Part shown: positions 11,443 through 23,624 of the stretch, in pieces
Layout: each line of letters begins with the position of its first letter
Numbering within the stretch: position 1 is the first letter of the stretch
Source: Girardia tigrina
Taxonomy: Eukaryota
Direction of reading: 5' to 3'
Length of the DNA: 64,000 nucleotides
Assembly: GCA_001938485.1 (NCBI GenBank)
Contig: MQRK01171274.1
Span: forward strand, 1 to 64,000
Position numbers and translations under genes: made by a program
Notes under the pieces: model-generated
Told to the model about the DNA's origin: nothing
What the model saw: the letters and a program-made list of their open reading frames with translations, nothing else
The model's database searches: none

Positions 11443-14400
11443 CTAAAGATTGCATTTATTATTTAATTATTATTATAATTATAATTCCGAGTAGGAATAA
11501 TTATATAATTATTATTATGTGTGTGTTAAGAGAACTGATTTTATGATGTCAGCTGCGTGATTAGTGTATGCGTGCGATTACGTGTATAAGTGTCAGTATG
11601 TATCAAGGACAAGGCTTTAAGAATGTGAGTCATTACAGCAATACTTTTCCAAATTATATTATTGTATTGATTATTTATTAAATAATTGTTATAAAATAAA
11701 ATTTTAACACCCGATTTGTCTTGCATTGATTCGATGACTAATTAATATAATTATAAGTAGAAAGAATTTCTCCTTTAAACTTTTGCAGTATCATCAAAAA
11801 ATAAATCCATTTGTTTGTAACGTGAAGTAAATTTTATATTGTATGAATTGGTTCGTGTAAAATCCAACCAGCCAAAAACATAAACATATCAAACTACAAT
11901 CAGAGTGAAAGAACACTAATAAGCTCAGGTGATCAAATATCACTTTTACAAGGATCTCAAGAGGCAGCAGCCAGCGACTTGCAGCAGGAACCACAGAATT
12001 ATATGAACGTTCCATATCATTTAATATGAAAATGTTTGGATACATTACAAGATCATTAGACAGAGAAGAAATCAATGAATAAGAATTTTGAATAAATTTT
12101 GTAAAATAAATTTTGATTAACAACATTTTTTGGTATAAGTAATTTTCAAGCAATTTTTATATTTTTCTATACAACCCTATAATTATAGGATTAATTAGCA
12201 TTTTTATAATTTTTATAATTTAGTTGCAATTGACTTTATAGTTTATATAATATTGCATAAAAACATTTTTATTGATTACGAAAGAAGGTACGTTAATATA
12301 TTATCAAGGCTCGGCAGGATAGCCTAGACAGCCTAGACAGCAGGGTAACAAGTCTTATGAGTTTTTTGAATATTCCAAGAAGGAAACCATGGAGATTCTA
12401 CAAGAAACTACATATATCAATATCGATGATGAACTGTCAAATAGAGCCTTCAAGGCAAAAAATAGACCAGTGTTAGAATCCGATGATATTTGAGAGTGGC
12501 TCAATGAAGAACATACCAAGATAATAAAGGAAGCTGATGAAAGCAAGGAGAAGAAGAGTGGATGGACTCTGGCATCTGTAAATCAGTTGATTATCCATGT
12601 TCATAAATACTCACCAATGAGAGGCAGCTCCTACATTCCGCTTCCTGAAGGGATAATCAAGAAAAAGGCATTCCCACAATGGTGACAACATGCGCTTCAA
12701 GTATGCAATGCTGTCAAAATTTGTTGAGGATCAGAAGCATGCATAACTAGTATGGATATACAACAGTCTGCAGCACCCATATGACTTCAACTGCATAAAA
12801 TCCCACCGAGCCTGGAAGAAGTCACTAAATTGGGAAACCACAACAATGTTTCAATCAATATCTTTGGTTTGGAGAATGAAACATTTTATCCCTTACTTGT
12901 ATGTAAGGAAGAATTAGAAGATCATCGGGATTTGCTATTTCTAGATGATGGAGAAAAGAGGCATTTTATATGGATCAAGAACTTTTAGCGCCTTCTAAGA
13001 TCCCAAAAATCGAAACATCATAGAAGTATCGAGATTTGTAAACGATGCTTTACACATTTTAATTGAGATGATGCAGAAATCAAGTTGGAAGAGCACAAGG
13101 CCTATTGCAATAACAATCATTGTATCAGAGCGGAATTTCAAAAGGAAGATTATATCGAATTCAAAGAATATGAAAAGATGCAGAAAGTGCCCATTATCAT
13201 ATATTGGGACTTTGAAGCCATTCTAAGTCCAATCCAAACATGTAATCCGGATCCACAACTTAGCAGTACGACAGCATACCAGTATCATGAGCTATCATCA
13301 TACTGTATGTATGCATTGCGTATTGACAAGTAGCCATTCCTATACAGAGGTCCGGATGCAGCGGAATATTTTACGCAACGTATGGAGATTTATGCCCACA
13401 CATTTGAAAACATGTTGCAACAACACAAGTTAGATATGGTGATGACATGGCAAGAAAATGTGAATGGAGCAAGGTAACACAATGTTACATATGGCAAAAG
13501 CCATTCACAGATGACAATCAAAAAGTCAAAGACCATTGTCATTTTACCTGAAAATATCGAGAAGCAGCATGTAATAACTGCAATTTGCGATGTAAAACAT
13601 CTACAAATATTCCTGTTGTATTCCACAATCTTAGTGGATTTGAATCCCATTTTATAGTAAGAGAACTGGGAAAATTCAAAAGGAATATAGATGTTATTCC
13701 AAATAGTGAGGAAAAATACATCACATTTACCAAGCACGTGTGAAGAATCAAGAGAACATCAAGTCTCTACAGTAATAATGCGGAAGAAAAGCCTAGACTA
13801 GTTTGACGATAAACGACATATTTTGACAGATGGAATAAGTACATTACCTCGTGGACATTATTTTTTGTGAATGATCCACTTGTATATATTGTACATATGT
13901 AAATAAATAAATGTTCTATATAATCTTGTAACGTTTTAATTCAATTATAGGTTAATTAATAATCATTACAGAAAATAACATCTAAAACATTTATTAACGT
14001 GATGATAATAATTCAAGTTAATCAATACTATACACAAATGCAAAAATTTTCCATTCCTTTCTAAATTCAGCTTTACTATCTCTAATACATATTTCATTTG
14101 TATTTCTATATCCATTTTAAGAAATGTATTAACCTATTTTATATAAAATCAAGACTAAATTATTACAAGATTTATTAACACAACAATACAACTTGCATCA
14201 ACAATTAAATACAACAAATTTCTGACAATTTCCATATTGGNNNNNNNNNNNNNNNNNNNNNNNNNNNNNNNNNNNNNNNNNNNNNNNNNNNNNNNNNNNN
14301 NNNNNNNNNNNNNNNNNNNNNNNNNNNNNNNNNNNNNNNNNNNNNNNNNNNNNNNNNNNNNNNNNNNNNNNNNNNNNNNNNNNNNNNNNNNNNNNNNNNN

Positions 14401-17400
14401 NNNNNNNNNNNNNNNNNNNNNNNNNNNNNNNNNNATATATATATATATATATATATATATGTTTTTCATATATATACGAAAAAATCGATTTTTGAGCACT
14501 TTTTTAAGAATTTCAGAAATGTTTGAAAAAATCGATATTTCAGCTCTTTTTCGAAAATGGTGACATGGAATCTGAATGTACGTATATGGGTTTCTATTCA
14601 AGTGTATGAGCAGATTTTTGATATTCTGCTTCCTTGTACCTCTAAAATCGATGTGCTTTTTGTGTAAATATACACATTATGCTAATTATAGGAAAAAGTA
14701 ATCAATATATGAAAAATCTAATTGCACATTCAGATAGAAAATCAAAATCTGCATCAAACACATTATATTGATTTTTGACACTAGCACTTTTAAAAAATTT
14801 ATGTATTGAATTTTGCACATTTGCCGCTTGAAAAGCACTGTGCTAGCACATTAAGAATGTGCGGCACAATGTGCACTATAGATTAGCACTTAAAAATTAT
14901 CGATTAGCGCATCTGGGCACTGTGCAGCAATCGATTAGCACTTTTTTTCTACGGTTGATATGGAAAGTGTCACGGTTGCTATGGATACGGTTACCGGTAC
15001 CATGGTTACAACCGCATTGAATCACTGTATCCGTTCCTTGGTTACCGTTGCTATGGTAACTAAGACCTTGGTTACCATTGTTAGGGTGATCAGAACTGTT
15101 GCTAGGGTATTCGAAACCGTTCCTATAGTGATCGGAACCGTTGCTAGGGACCCGGGAAGCAATGAGAAGCTTTACCAAGTGAATCGGAACCGTTGTTAGT
15201 GTACCAAGGACCAATCAGAAGCGTTGCCAAGTGAACCGGAGCCGTTGCTAAGTTAACCGGAACCGTTGCCATGTCAACGGGTGACCTCGCCCCCCGGGGG
15301 GTCTTGAAGGGAGAAATGCCCATTTTCCCCCTACTTCGAAGCACTCTTAGCTGAAAAGACGCATCCTAATTCTAAATTAACTTTGTCTTTAAAAGTGTTT
15401 CTTTAGAGGTCAAAGCAACTTAATCCTTTAAATTTGGATACAGTGAAAGCCGCTTAATATGACCACTGGTTAATAGGACCAGCCGCTTAATAGGACCAAA
15501 TTCTGTGAGACCGAATCATTTCCTATGTTTCGAATATTAAAGCAGCCGCTTAATAGGACCAGTAAAAGTCGGTTAATGGGACCACTCATGAAACTGTTTG
15601 ACCCTTCAAACAACACGAAAGTCATGAAAAACGTGTTTTTAGCGTAGGTCATACACCCACCCCAATCAACATACATACGTAACAAAGAAGCAGGTCTTGA
15701 ATGAATTTGTATTTACTGTATTTGTTCTTATCTCTTTAGCTGCCGAGAGCACCTCCTACATTTGTAGCACACACACACACAGGACACAGCAAGATGAAAA
15801 GTGTCCTGCAAGCAAACGTACAGTTAGTGGCGGTAGCCCCATACACTTACCATCCCAGGTACGCATGTGTGTCTGTCGCCTAACTCAACATCAATCTTGC
15901 TAGAGCACAATGGGGAGGGTTGCAGACTGTCATTCATTTTAAAATACAGTAAAGTAGTACAGAACTGTATCGCCCAATACTGTACATAGTTAAAGCGTCT
16001 AACGTACTTTTTATACGAAAAGTGTGTACTTCAGAGCTTTCAAACTGTTTAGACCATCACAATCGGTTTGCAGGCAGTTTTAAACCGATGGCGACACTTA
16101 AAACGCGCAAAATGTTGTAGCAACTCGAAAAGTGTACTTTGTCAAAAAATAACACCACTTCGCTTAATGGGACCAGTCGGTTAATAGGACCAGTCGGTTA
16201 ATAGGACCAGTTGGGTTTGGGACAAATGTGGTCCTATTAAGCGGTTTACACTGTAACATAATTTGAAACAGTAATATTTTAATTTATTTTTTAAAAACCA
16301 TGCCAAAATATTAGAGACATTCTACCCAAAAAAATACATTAAACATTTTACAAAACACCTAAATAATTTAGCAAAATTATAGTAATATAAAATCAATAAA
16401 TATATTTTTGAAAATTCAAACAACATTTTTGATACCAAAATATTAATTTTTAGTAATATAATAAAATTTATTAATTTCCCAATGGTCTTGAACTAACGTT
16501 ATATCAGCATTAGGGTGTAAACCAAAAGCTTCTGGTGTATCCTTGCCGGGTAAATGATTTATATGATTTACATACTCTACAGCAGTAGGAAAGAGAGGGA
16601 TATTATAATTAGTATAAAATTGAAATTCCGGAGTAAACATTTTTTCCTGGAAATAATTTCTTGTAATAGTAAGTAATAAAACCTTATCATAATCATCAGT
16701 AACTCGACCTCCGTATTGTATTTCAGAAATCATATAACGTACACATTTCCAATCGATTCCCTGTAATTTAATATATATGGTTTACTACAAATAACATATT
16801 TTTTCTGTAACTTACACTTATTTTTTGAGCTTTCTTGAACTCGATGCTATCCAAATGGTTTTGAATAAACTGAATACTAGCATTGAAGTCGGATTGATTA
16901 AACTCATATGGGATATTCCACCCTAGTGGACCAAATTTGCGTCTCTCTTGGACGGTGCAGTGCAAAAACGCCAACCCATACAGCATTATCTTCCAATGAA
17001 ATGTAACACAAGTGTCCAAGAAATCTTGAGTCACGTCAGTATAAGTTCTCATTAAATTTGCTTTGATTCCTTCGGGTGGTTCATTGGTGAACTTAATTGA
17101 AATTTGCAACAAATTTATCGAAAACTTCGGATGCTCTTCTGTCGTTATCCACAAACGATATTTATCGTTGACATTTTCCATTTCTATTATTTGCAAAAAA
17201 AGTTCTTCAACATAATCTAAACACAAGTGACAGTTCTGAAGTAATACCCATCCTCCTTCTTGCATAAATCTAGCTATAAGTTTCCTGGAATGAATCTCTT
17301 GTCCCTGACCCATTGAAACAGCTTTACAAGGAATATGTTTCTTTTTTGCAAGCTGTTCAATTAACGGAGTTGCGTCAGAACCCATGCTCAATAAATTTAT

Positions 17401-18586
17401 TAATGCACTTCTAGGATCAGAATCAGCAAGTAGTCTAAAATGATCAAAAAATAATATTAATTAAATTTACGAAAAAACAAACTTTTCCATGTTTAATATG
17501 ACTTCTTCTGCAAAATTATCGCCAAGTGAACTAGCAATATATTTTTTTGCTTGTGGCAAAGTCCTATCTGGACACCACGATCGTACCATTAGCAACCTTC
17601 TGAATGTATCTAAACTCGACTCATAACCACAGGGTATTATTTCATTTTCCGGATTTTCCTTATCATACCATTGTTTCCAGCTTCGTTCAGTTTGGATCAC
17701 TTGTTCAATAATTCCAGAAAATTGATTTAACACAGATAGAGCATTAAGATTAAGCCATGTAAGATCAGTGATCCATTTTGCCGGTTTCTGGGGAACAGTT
17801 TTCAAGTCTAATACAGAGCCTCCTTTGATAAAAACATCAAATTCCTCTTGTCGAATATTTTTAGACTGCATATCAATTTTTAAAGCCAGCATAAGAGTAA
17901 GAGTCATCCTATCTTCCTTGTACATACCCCTGACAGCAAATTTCCACATATCATAAGTCATATACTCAATTATAATGCTGATACGTCTCTGAGTTATGGG
18001 TGATTTATCTGATTTCAACATGGAATGATCAAATATAACTAAAAATTGTTTTAATCCAGTTTGATACATGCGATTCACGTTAGACATATCGGTAAATAGA
18101 AAGTACAAAACTGATCCTCTAGTTGCTACTGGACGATACTCTTCTCTAGCCGTGTTAATTTCCTTTTCTGTTTCCGAAGCTTGGGCAAGTTGTACACTCA
18201 CTTCTTGAGACGTAACTTTGGTATTATTTAAAACGTCTAGTAAATCTTGATCGTCTACTAATGAACCTTGAGTATTGGCCAATCTTTCCAAAAGACTGTC
18301 TTCAAGATCCTGCATTCTTCTTTTATTATTTGTCATATTTTCTACAAGCTCAATTCTAGACCGTTCCAATTCCTAAATGTTAAATTATTTATATTAAAAT
18401 TCAGAAGTTTTATATATTTTTAATCAAAAATGTTATGAAATCCATAATTAATAATGTTCGGTTTCGTTAAAATTGGAATTTTAAAAATAAAGTAAATTTT
18501 ATGTTTTGTTAAATTTAGAATTCCAAAATAAAGAAAATTTTATTATTTTAAGTTAAAAAAAATTAAATTGATATATATTTATATGG

Positions 18587-18625
<39 letters not shown>

Positions 18626-21600
18626 CTAATTGAAATTTGTTGGGAAAAAATTTAAATTGTTTCAATTTAGTTTTTGTTTAAAAAACGGTAACACCGTAAT
18701 TGGCAGAATTGAGTAATGTTATAATGATAAAGAATTTGATACGAGAGATATTGATTTCAATTATTATCTAAGAAAATTATTCATGCCATTCGACAATAAT
18801 TTTATTGTGTGTTAAGACGTTTGAAAATAATCATGTAATAATTATCGATCGGAGATTGTATATCAAAATTTGTGAAGACATTCATGATAAATGGTATAAA
18901 TTTATGAGAATATTTCAAAGTTGTAGAAACAGTATGGGAACGAAGTTTTGGAAAATAATCACCAACGAACATGGTGTCAAACCGACCACCGGCCTTCACG
19001 AAAGCGACAGTGATTTGCAATTACAGAGAACTGACATTTACATTACTTCGGGAGTTCATGGAGAGTGTGTACCGATCAGCGTCATGGTTGAATGGCATAG
19101 TACCACTCTCGATTACGCTCTGAATTCGAATCTTGGGAAATTGTTTCAACCAGATTATTTCATCGGTGGTTCCTCAAGTGGTTCCAATAATTGTGAAAGA
19201 AAGACCAAGTATTCATATTTTCTCAAGTCGGTCGGCGCTTTCGGACAATTAATGAACGTATGTCCTTGTGTTATTATTATATTTATTTATATAAAACTAC
19301 ATAACAATAATAATAAAAATAATAATAAAAATATTAATAAAAATATTGATATAAATAAAAATAATGATGTATTACATAATAATAGAGATAAAAACAATAA
19401 TAATAATAAATTAGACAATAACGCTATCGAATCCACTCCCCCTCTCTTCATGACCCGTGGGGGGTCTAAAATTGATATAAAGTGCTTCCACTGCGCTGCT
19501 GCCGCAACAAATAATCTTTTATTTTTATAACTTTTAATAATAAATTTGTAAAATTTAAATTAAGTAAAACTGTTTTAAAATTTAATTTAATCTTTCGTTA
19601 TGCTTTAAACATGCGATTTATATAATGGTATACATATATTTACATATGTATATGTATATATTTACATATTTTGAAGATTATGCATATCAGAATTATCTGT
19701 ATATGAAAGTGATACATAATACACGAAGGTCGGAATCACTTGAGTTTTGAATGTTTAACAGTCAGTTTTTATCTGTTATAAACAATGTAAACCTCTTGAA
19801 AATCAATAAGAAACTCGTAAGAAACATTATTCTCTGTCATTTGTTTCACTTGTCTATTTTCTTTTGTCTCTAAATAGTAAAATAAAATCTTTACCAAAAG
19901 TAAAAATCTTTAATTTTAACATGGTATTACTTTATCTTATTAATTTAGTTATTGAAAATACTTAAGATTACATTTTTACGAGTGTGATTGTTAGATATTG
20001 TCTTCATTTCTAGATCGAAGTTTTCAGCCCTACAGGTTCTTAGATTAGGAAGATTAAGTTTATTAGATGTTGATTTGAAATACTTGTTTCTACATATAAC
20101 ATTTTGTGTTATTTTACCATGTTAACTGTTGTCTGTGGGTGTAATATCTCTTGGATGAGTAACACAGTTAACTGAAGCTTGTGTATAATATTTAACTGTA
20201 ACAGATAAATAGAGAGGTGTAACCTGTATAGCGGTGACAATATATGCAAAATCACTGGTGCTGCAAATATATGGTGCACATCGTAAAAGTTTTTAATATT
20301 ACTTTTTTACTTTTTTTGTAAAGCATCATGAGTTCCTTTCAACAAAAAAGTATTCTTGTTGATAAAGATCAAAAAAAATTGAAATCAATTTCCAAAACTC
20401 TGATAAATTAAGAAGGTCATGATAAAATTATTTACAATGTGCTTTTCAAAAATAGGATTTAATAACCAAATAATAATCGTACCTCTTTTTCTGTTTTAAT
20501 AACCCGTCCAAGAAGCTGGTCCTCCAGCCCTTTAATTGTTACAGTAAAATCAATAACTGATGTTTTCGCATAAATTTCTGGAGTATAATGAGGATTGGGT
20601 AATTTTGTTGTTATGTACAACATGAAGCCTTTCATAACATCCACTTCTTTATCTCCAACTTTTACCTTAATTTTAAAATATTTTTAATGTAAAAAAAATG
20701 TATATATGATATTTTTACCTTCAATCCTGTTCCCATTTTGATAAAATTTTTCTCCAATACTTGATCTAACGCTGGATCTAATTCTTCATTTATATCTTCG
20801 ATTAACATCGGTCTTCCTAATGATAATGCATCTTCTAAATGTTGTCGAAAGTATTTATGGTTCAAGCTAGAAATCTATATTGAAAAGAAATGTAATAAAT
20901 GTTTTATTCAAAAATATTAAACTCAATACAATGATAATAATTGTAATAATATTACTAAAATTATTATGACAAGTTAGTTCATTTTCTTTTTGCCGAAAAA
21001 AATTAAATAATTAAAAACATTAAAAAAAGTTAAAATTTAAAAAATTTTATAACAAAATTTAAAATAAATTTTTAAATCAAGTTTCATAATATAATTGAAA
21101 TAAATAAAAATTTATAAAGTATATAATTTCTGAAAATAATAATTTTTGGAGTTTAAATATCTTTTTATATTTTAATGGATTTGAAATTAAAAAGTTTCTA
21201 ATGTTTTAGAATAAAATGTTTTTTAAATTTAAAAAAAAGAATATTATTTTTTGTTAGTCGCGTTTATACCATTTTCATTATCAGCTAGATCACAATTCAT
21301 ATTCAACACAAAAATCTAATAATGACAATAATACACATGTATAAACAAATTTCTCGTTAATTTAACCATTTCGCCAAAATCCATTTCTTAAATTTTTATT
21401 TCAATTTAATTTGTAAAATTTAACTTATAATTATAAAATTCATTTTTAAATTAAATTTCTAAAATTTTATCATAAAATTATGAAATTTAAATTTACAACA
21501 AGCATTTTATTATAAAAATTAATTCCTAAAAATATTATAAATTTTAATTCGTTTATTATTTATTTTAAAGTCCTTATTTTTAAACTATTATTAATTATTT

Positions 21601-23592
21601 TCCTATTAAAATATATCAATTGGTATTTACGTAAATATTTTTCGGTTTTATGTAATTATTTAATTTTTTTATTTTTAATTTAAAAATCATTTTCATTTTT
21701 TAAAATTTTGAAACATTTTCTATTTATTTAATTTTTTAGAAAATTTTCGAACGAAAAAAATCTTAAATTATTTGGCAAAGTGAACATTTTAACTAACTCC
21801 TCATAAGAATAAATAAAAATAAATTAAAAATAGAATTAAATAATAATAATTATTATTCCGCCCGATACTCAGGTTGCCCCGAGAATTGGACGCAGGTAAC
21901 ATGGTTACGCATGGAACCTTTCTCGATGTGTTGGGCCAATTTTAATTTCATCCGACTAATGGGATTATTCATATTGGGATTCTCCAATCTCATACAAATG
22001 GCAATTAATGATCCTTTGGCATTGACCAATCGATTGATCATTTCGTGAGGAAGCGCAAATGAAATATCGAAATCTTGACACAAAAGTGTCTCGTATTGCA
22101 AGAGTGCCAGACACAGTTGTTCGAGGGCCGACAATTGCATTTCTTCAGCACCACCTCGAAGCCAATTTAATAACAAATAAGGCAACTCGACTTCCTCCAT
22201 TAATATTTCTTGTTAATATCAATTTATCGAAATCAAAATCTCCAAAAGAAAAAATAAGGCAAATGAATCGATTTTATTTTCAAATTTTCATCTTTAATCT
22301 CATTTAATCTAATAACACAAATTCATCTTTTTCACATAATCCAATTAATTTCTTAATAAAAAAATAATTTTAATAATAATAGTTTTTACAAATAATAGTT
22401 TTTTTCCAATCTTTTCACATAAACCCACAAATTCATTTTTAAATAAAAACACAATCAGAATCACAAAAAAGGTTTTTTTTCTCTCAGTTTTTTTTAAAGG
22501 CAAATGAGGAAAGCGCAGGATCCATTCAATATACACATATATAGATAATTAATTAATTTGTAATATCAATAAGTAAAATAATTGAATCCCGAATAATAAT
22601 AATAATTGTTGGGTTCTTGATCGAGATTAAGACTCATTATCACCAAAAATTTTATTTCTAACACAATTAACAATCATTCAAACAATTTTTAGTTAACGAT
22701 TTTTTTAATAATAATTTTTCGTCGAGGAAATTTTCTTCGTTTTCTTTTTGACCAGATTTTTATATAAAAATATGGAACTATAAATACTGATAAGCTATTT
22801 TAGAATTGAAATTTTTTTATTCTCTTTATTTTGAAAATTTACATTCCACTATTTTATGCAACTTAATTTAAATTAAAACCAACATAATTTATTGTAGTCA
22901 TATTTTTACTAAATTAACCAAAATGATTTTTTATTATTTTAGAATTAGTTTAATGTTATTTTCTTTTATTTGTGAAACTTTTTTAATTAATAAAAGACTT
23001 TAACGTTTTATTTATTATCAATATTTCAGTTTAAAAGCAATTTTACCGACAATTATTTTAAATACAATACAAATTTTAAAGACAATTTAAATACGAAAAA
23101 TAATTTACAGTATTCAAATTTTTATTATTATTACGATACATTAATGGTAGTTTTAATCTTTATTTCTTTTTACGAAAACTGTTTAGAATTAAGTATTTGT
23201 CAAATCTTTAATTTGCAGAATTTCACACTGACTTTAAAATTTAAAATTATCTGTTTTTTTTACTTTACATCTCTGGCAAAAAAGTTCATTATTTTATTTT
23301 TTAGAATAAATTTTTAAAATTAGTACAAACATAATTATCCTTGTCTTTATATATTTCTTTTAAATTAATTATTTAAAAATCCGTTATTTCCAAATTAATT
23401 TCATTTTAAGTTTTTACTCTACAATTAAAATTTGATTATTTCCGAAGATAACTTTAAAATTAATTAAGATATATATTTTTAATTATAATTGCTTAAAAAA
23501 CTTTTGATTTTAAATATTTTCTTATTTTAGAAATTCTTTATAAAAATTAATTGTTTCAAAAATTTTAAGAGTGAGCCTGTACTTCACAATAA

Positions 23593-23624
<32 letters not shown>

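Noticed and set aside
11489-11520. AGTAG as a possible Maverick terminus
   Set aside because: Too short, with no matching inverted end or TSD visible
14954-15278. Possible CRISPR-like repeat-spacer array
   Set aside because: Eukaryotic context, degenerate tandem units without unique spacers, and no cas genes
14897-15344. Repetitive ORFs (TVAM.T.. and HSNGNQG) on both strands
   Set aside because: By-product of the 21-bp (7-codon) DNA repeat; no evidence of coding
18805-19530. 241-aa ORF as a real gene
   Set aside because: Chimera of AT-rich lead-in, tubulin fragment and solo LTR with an AAT tract
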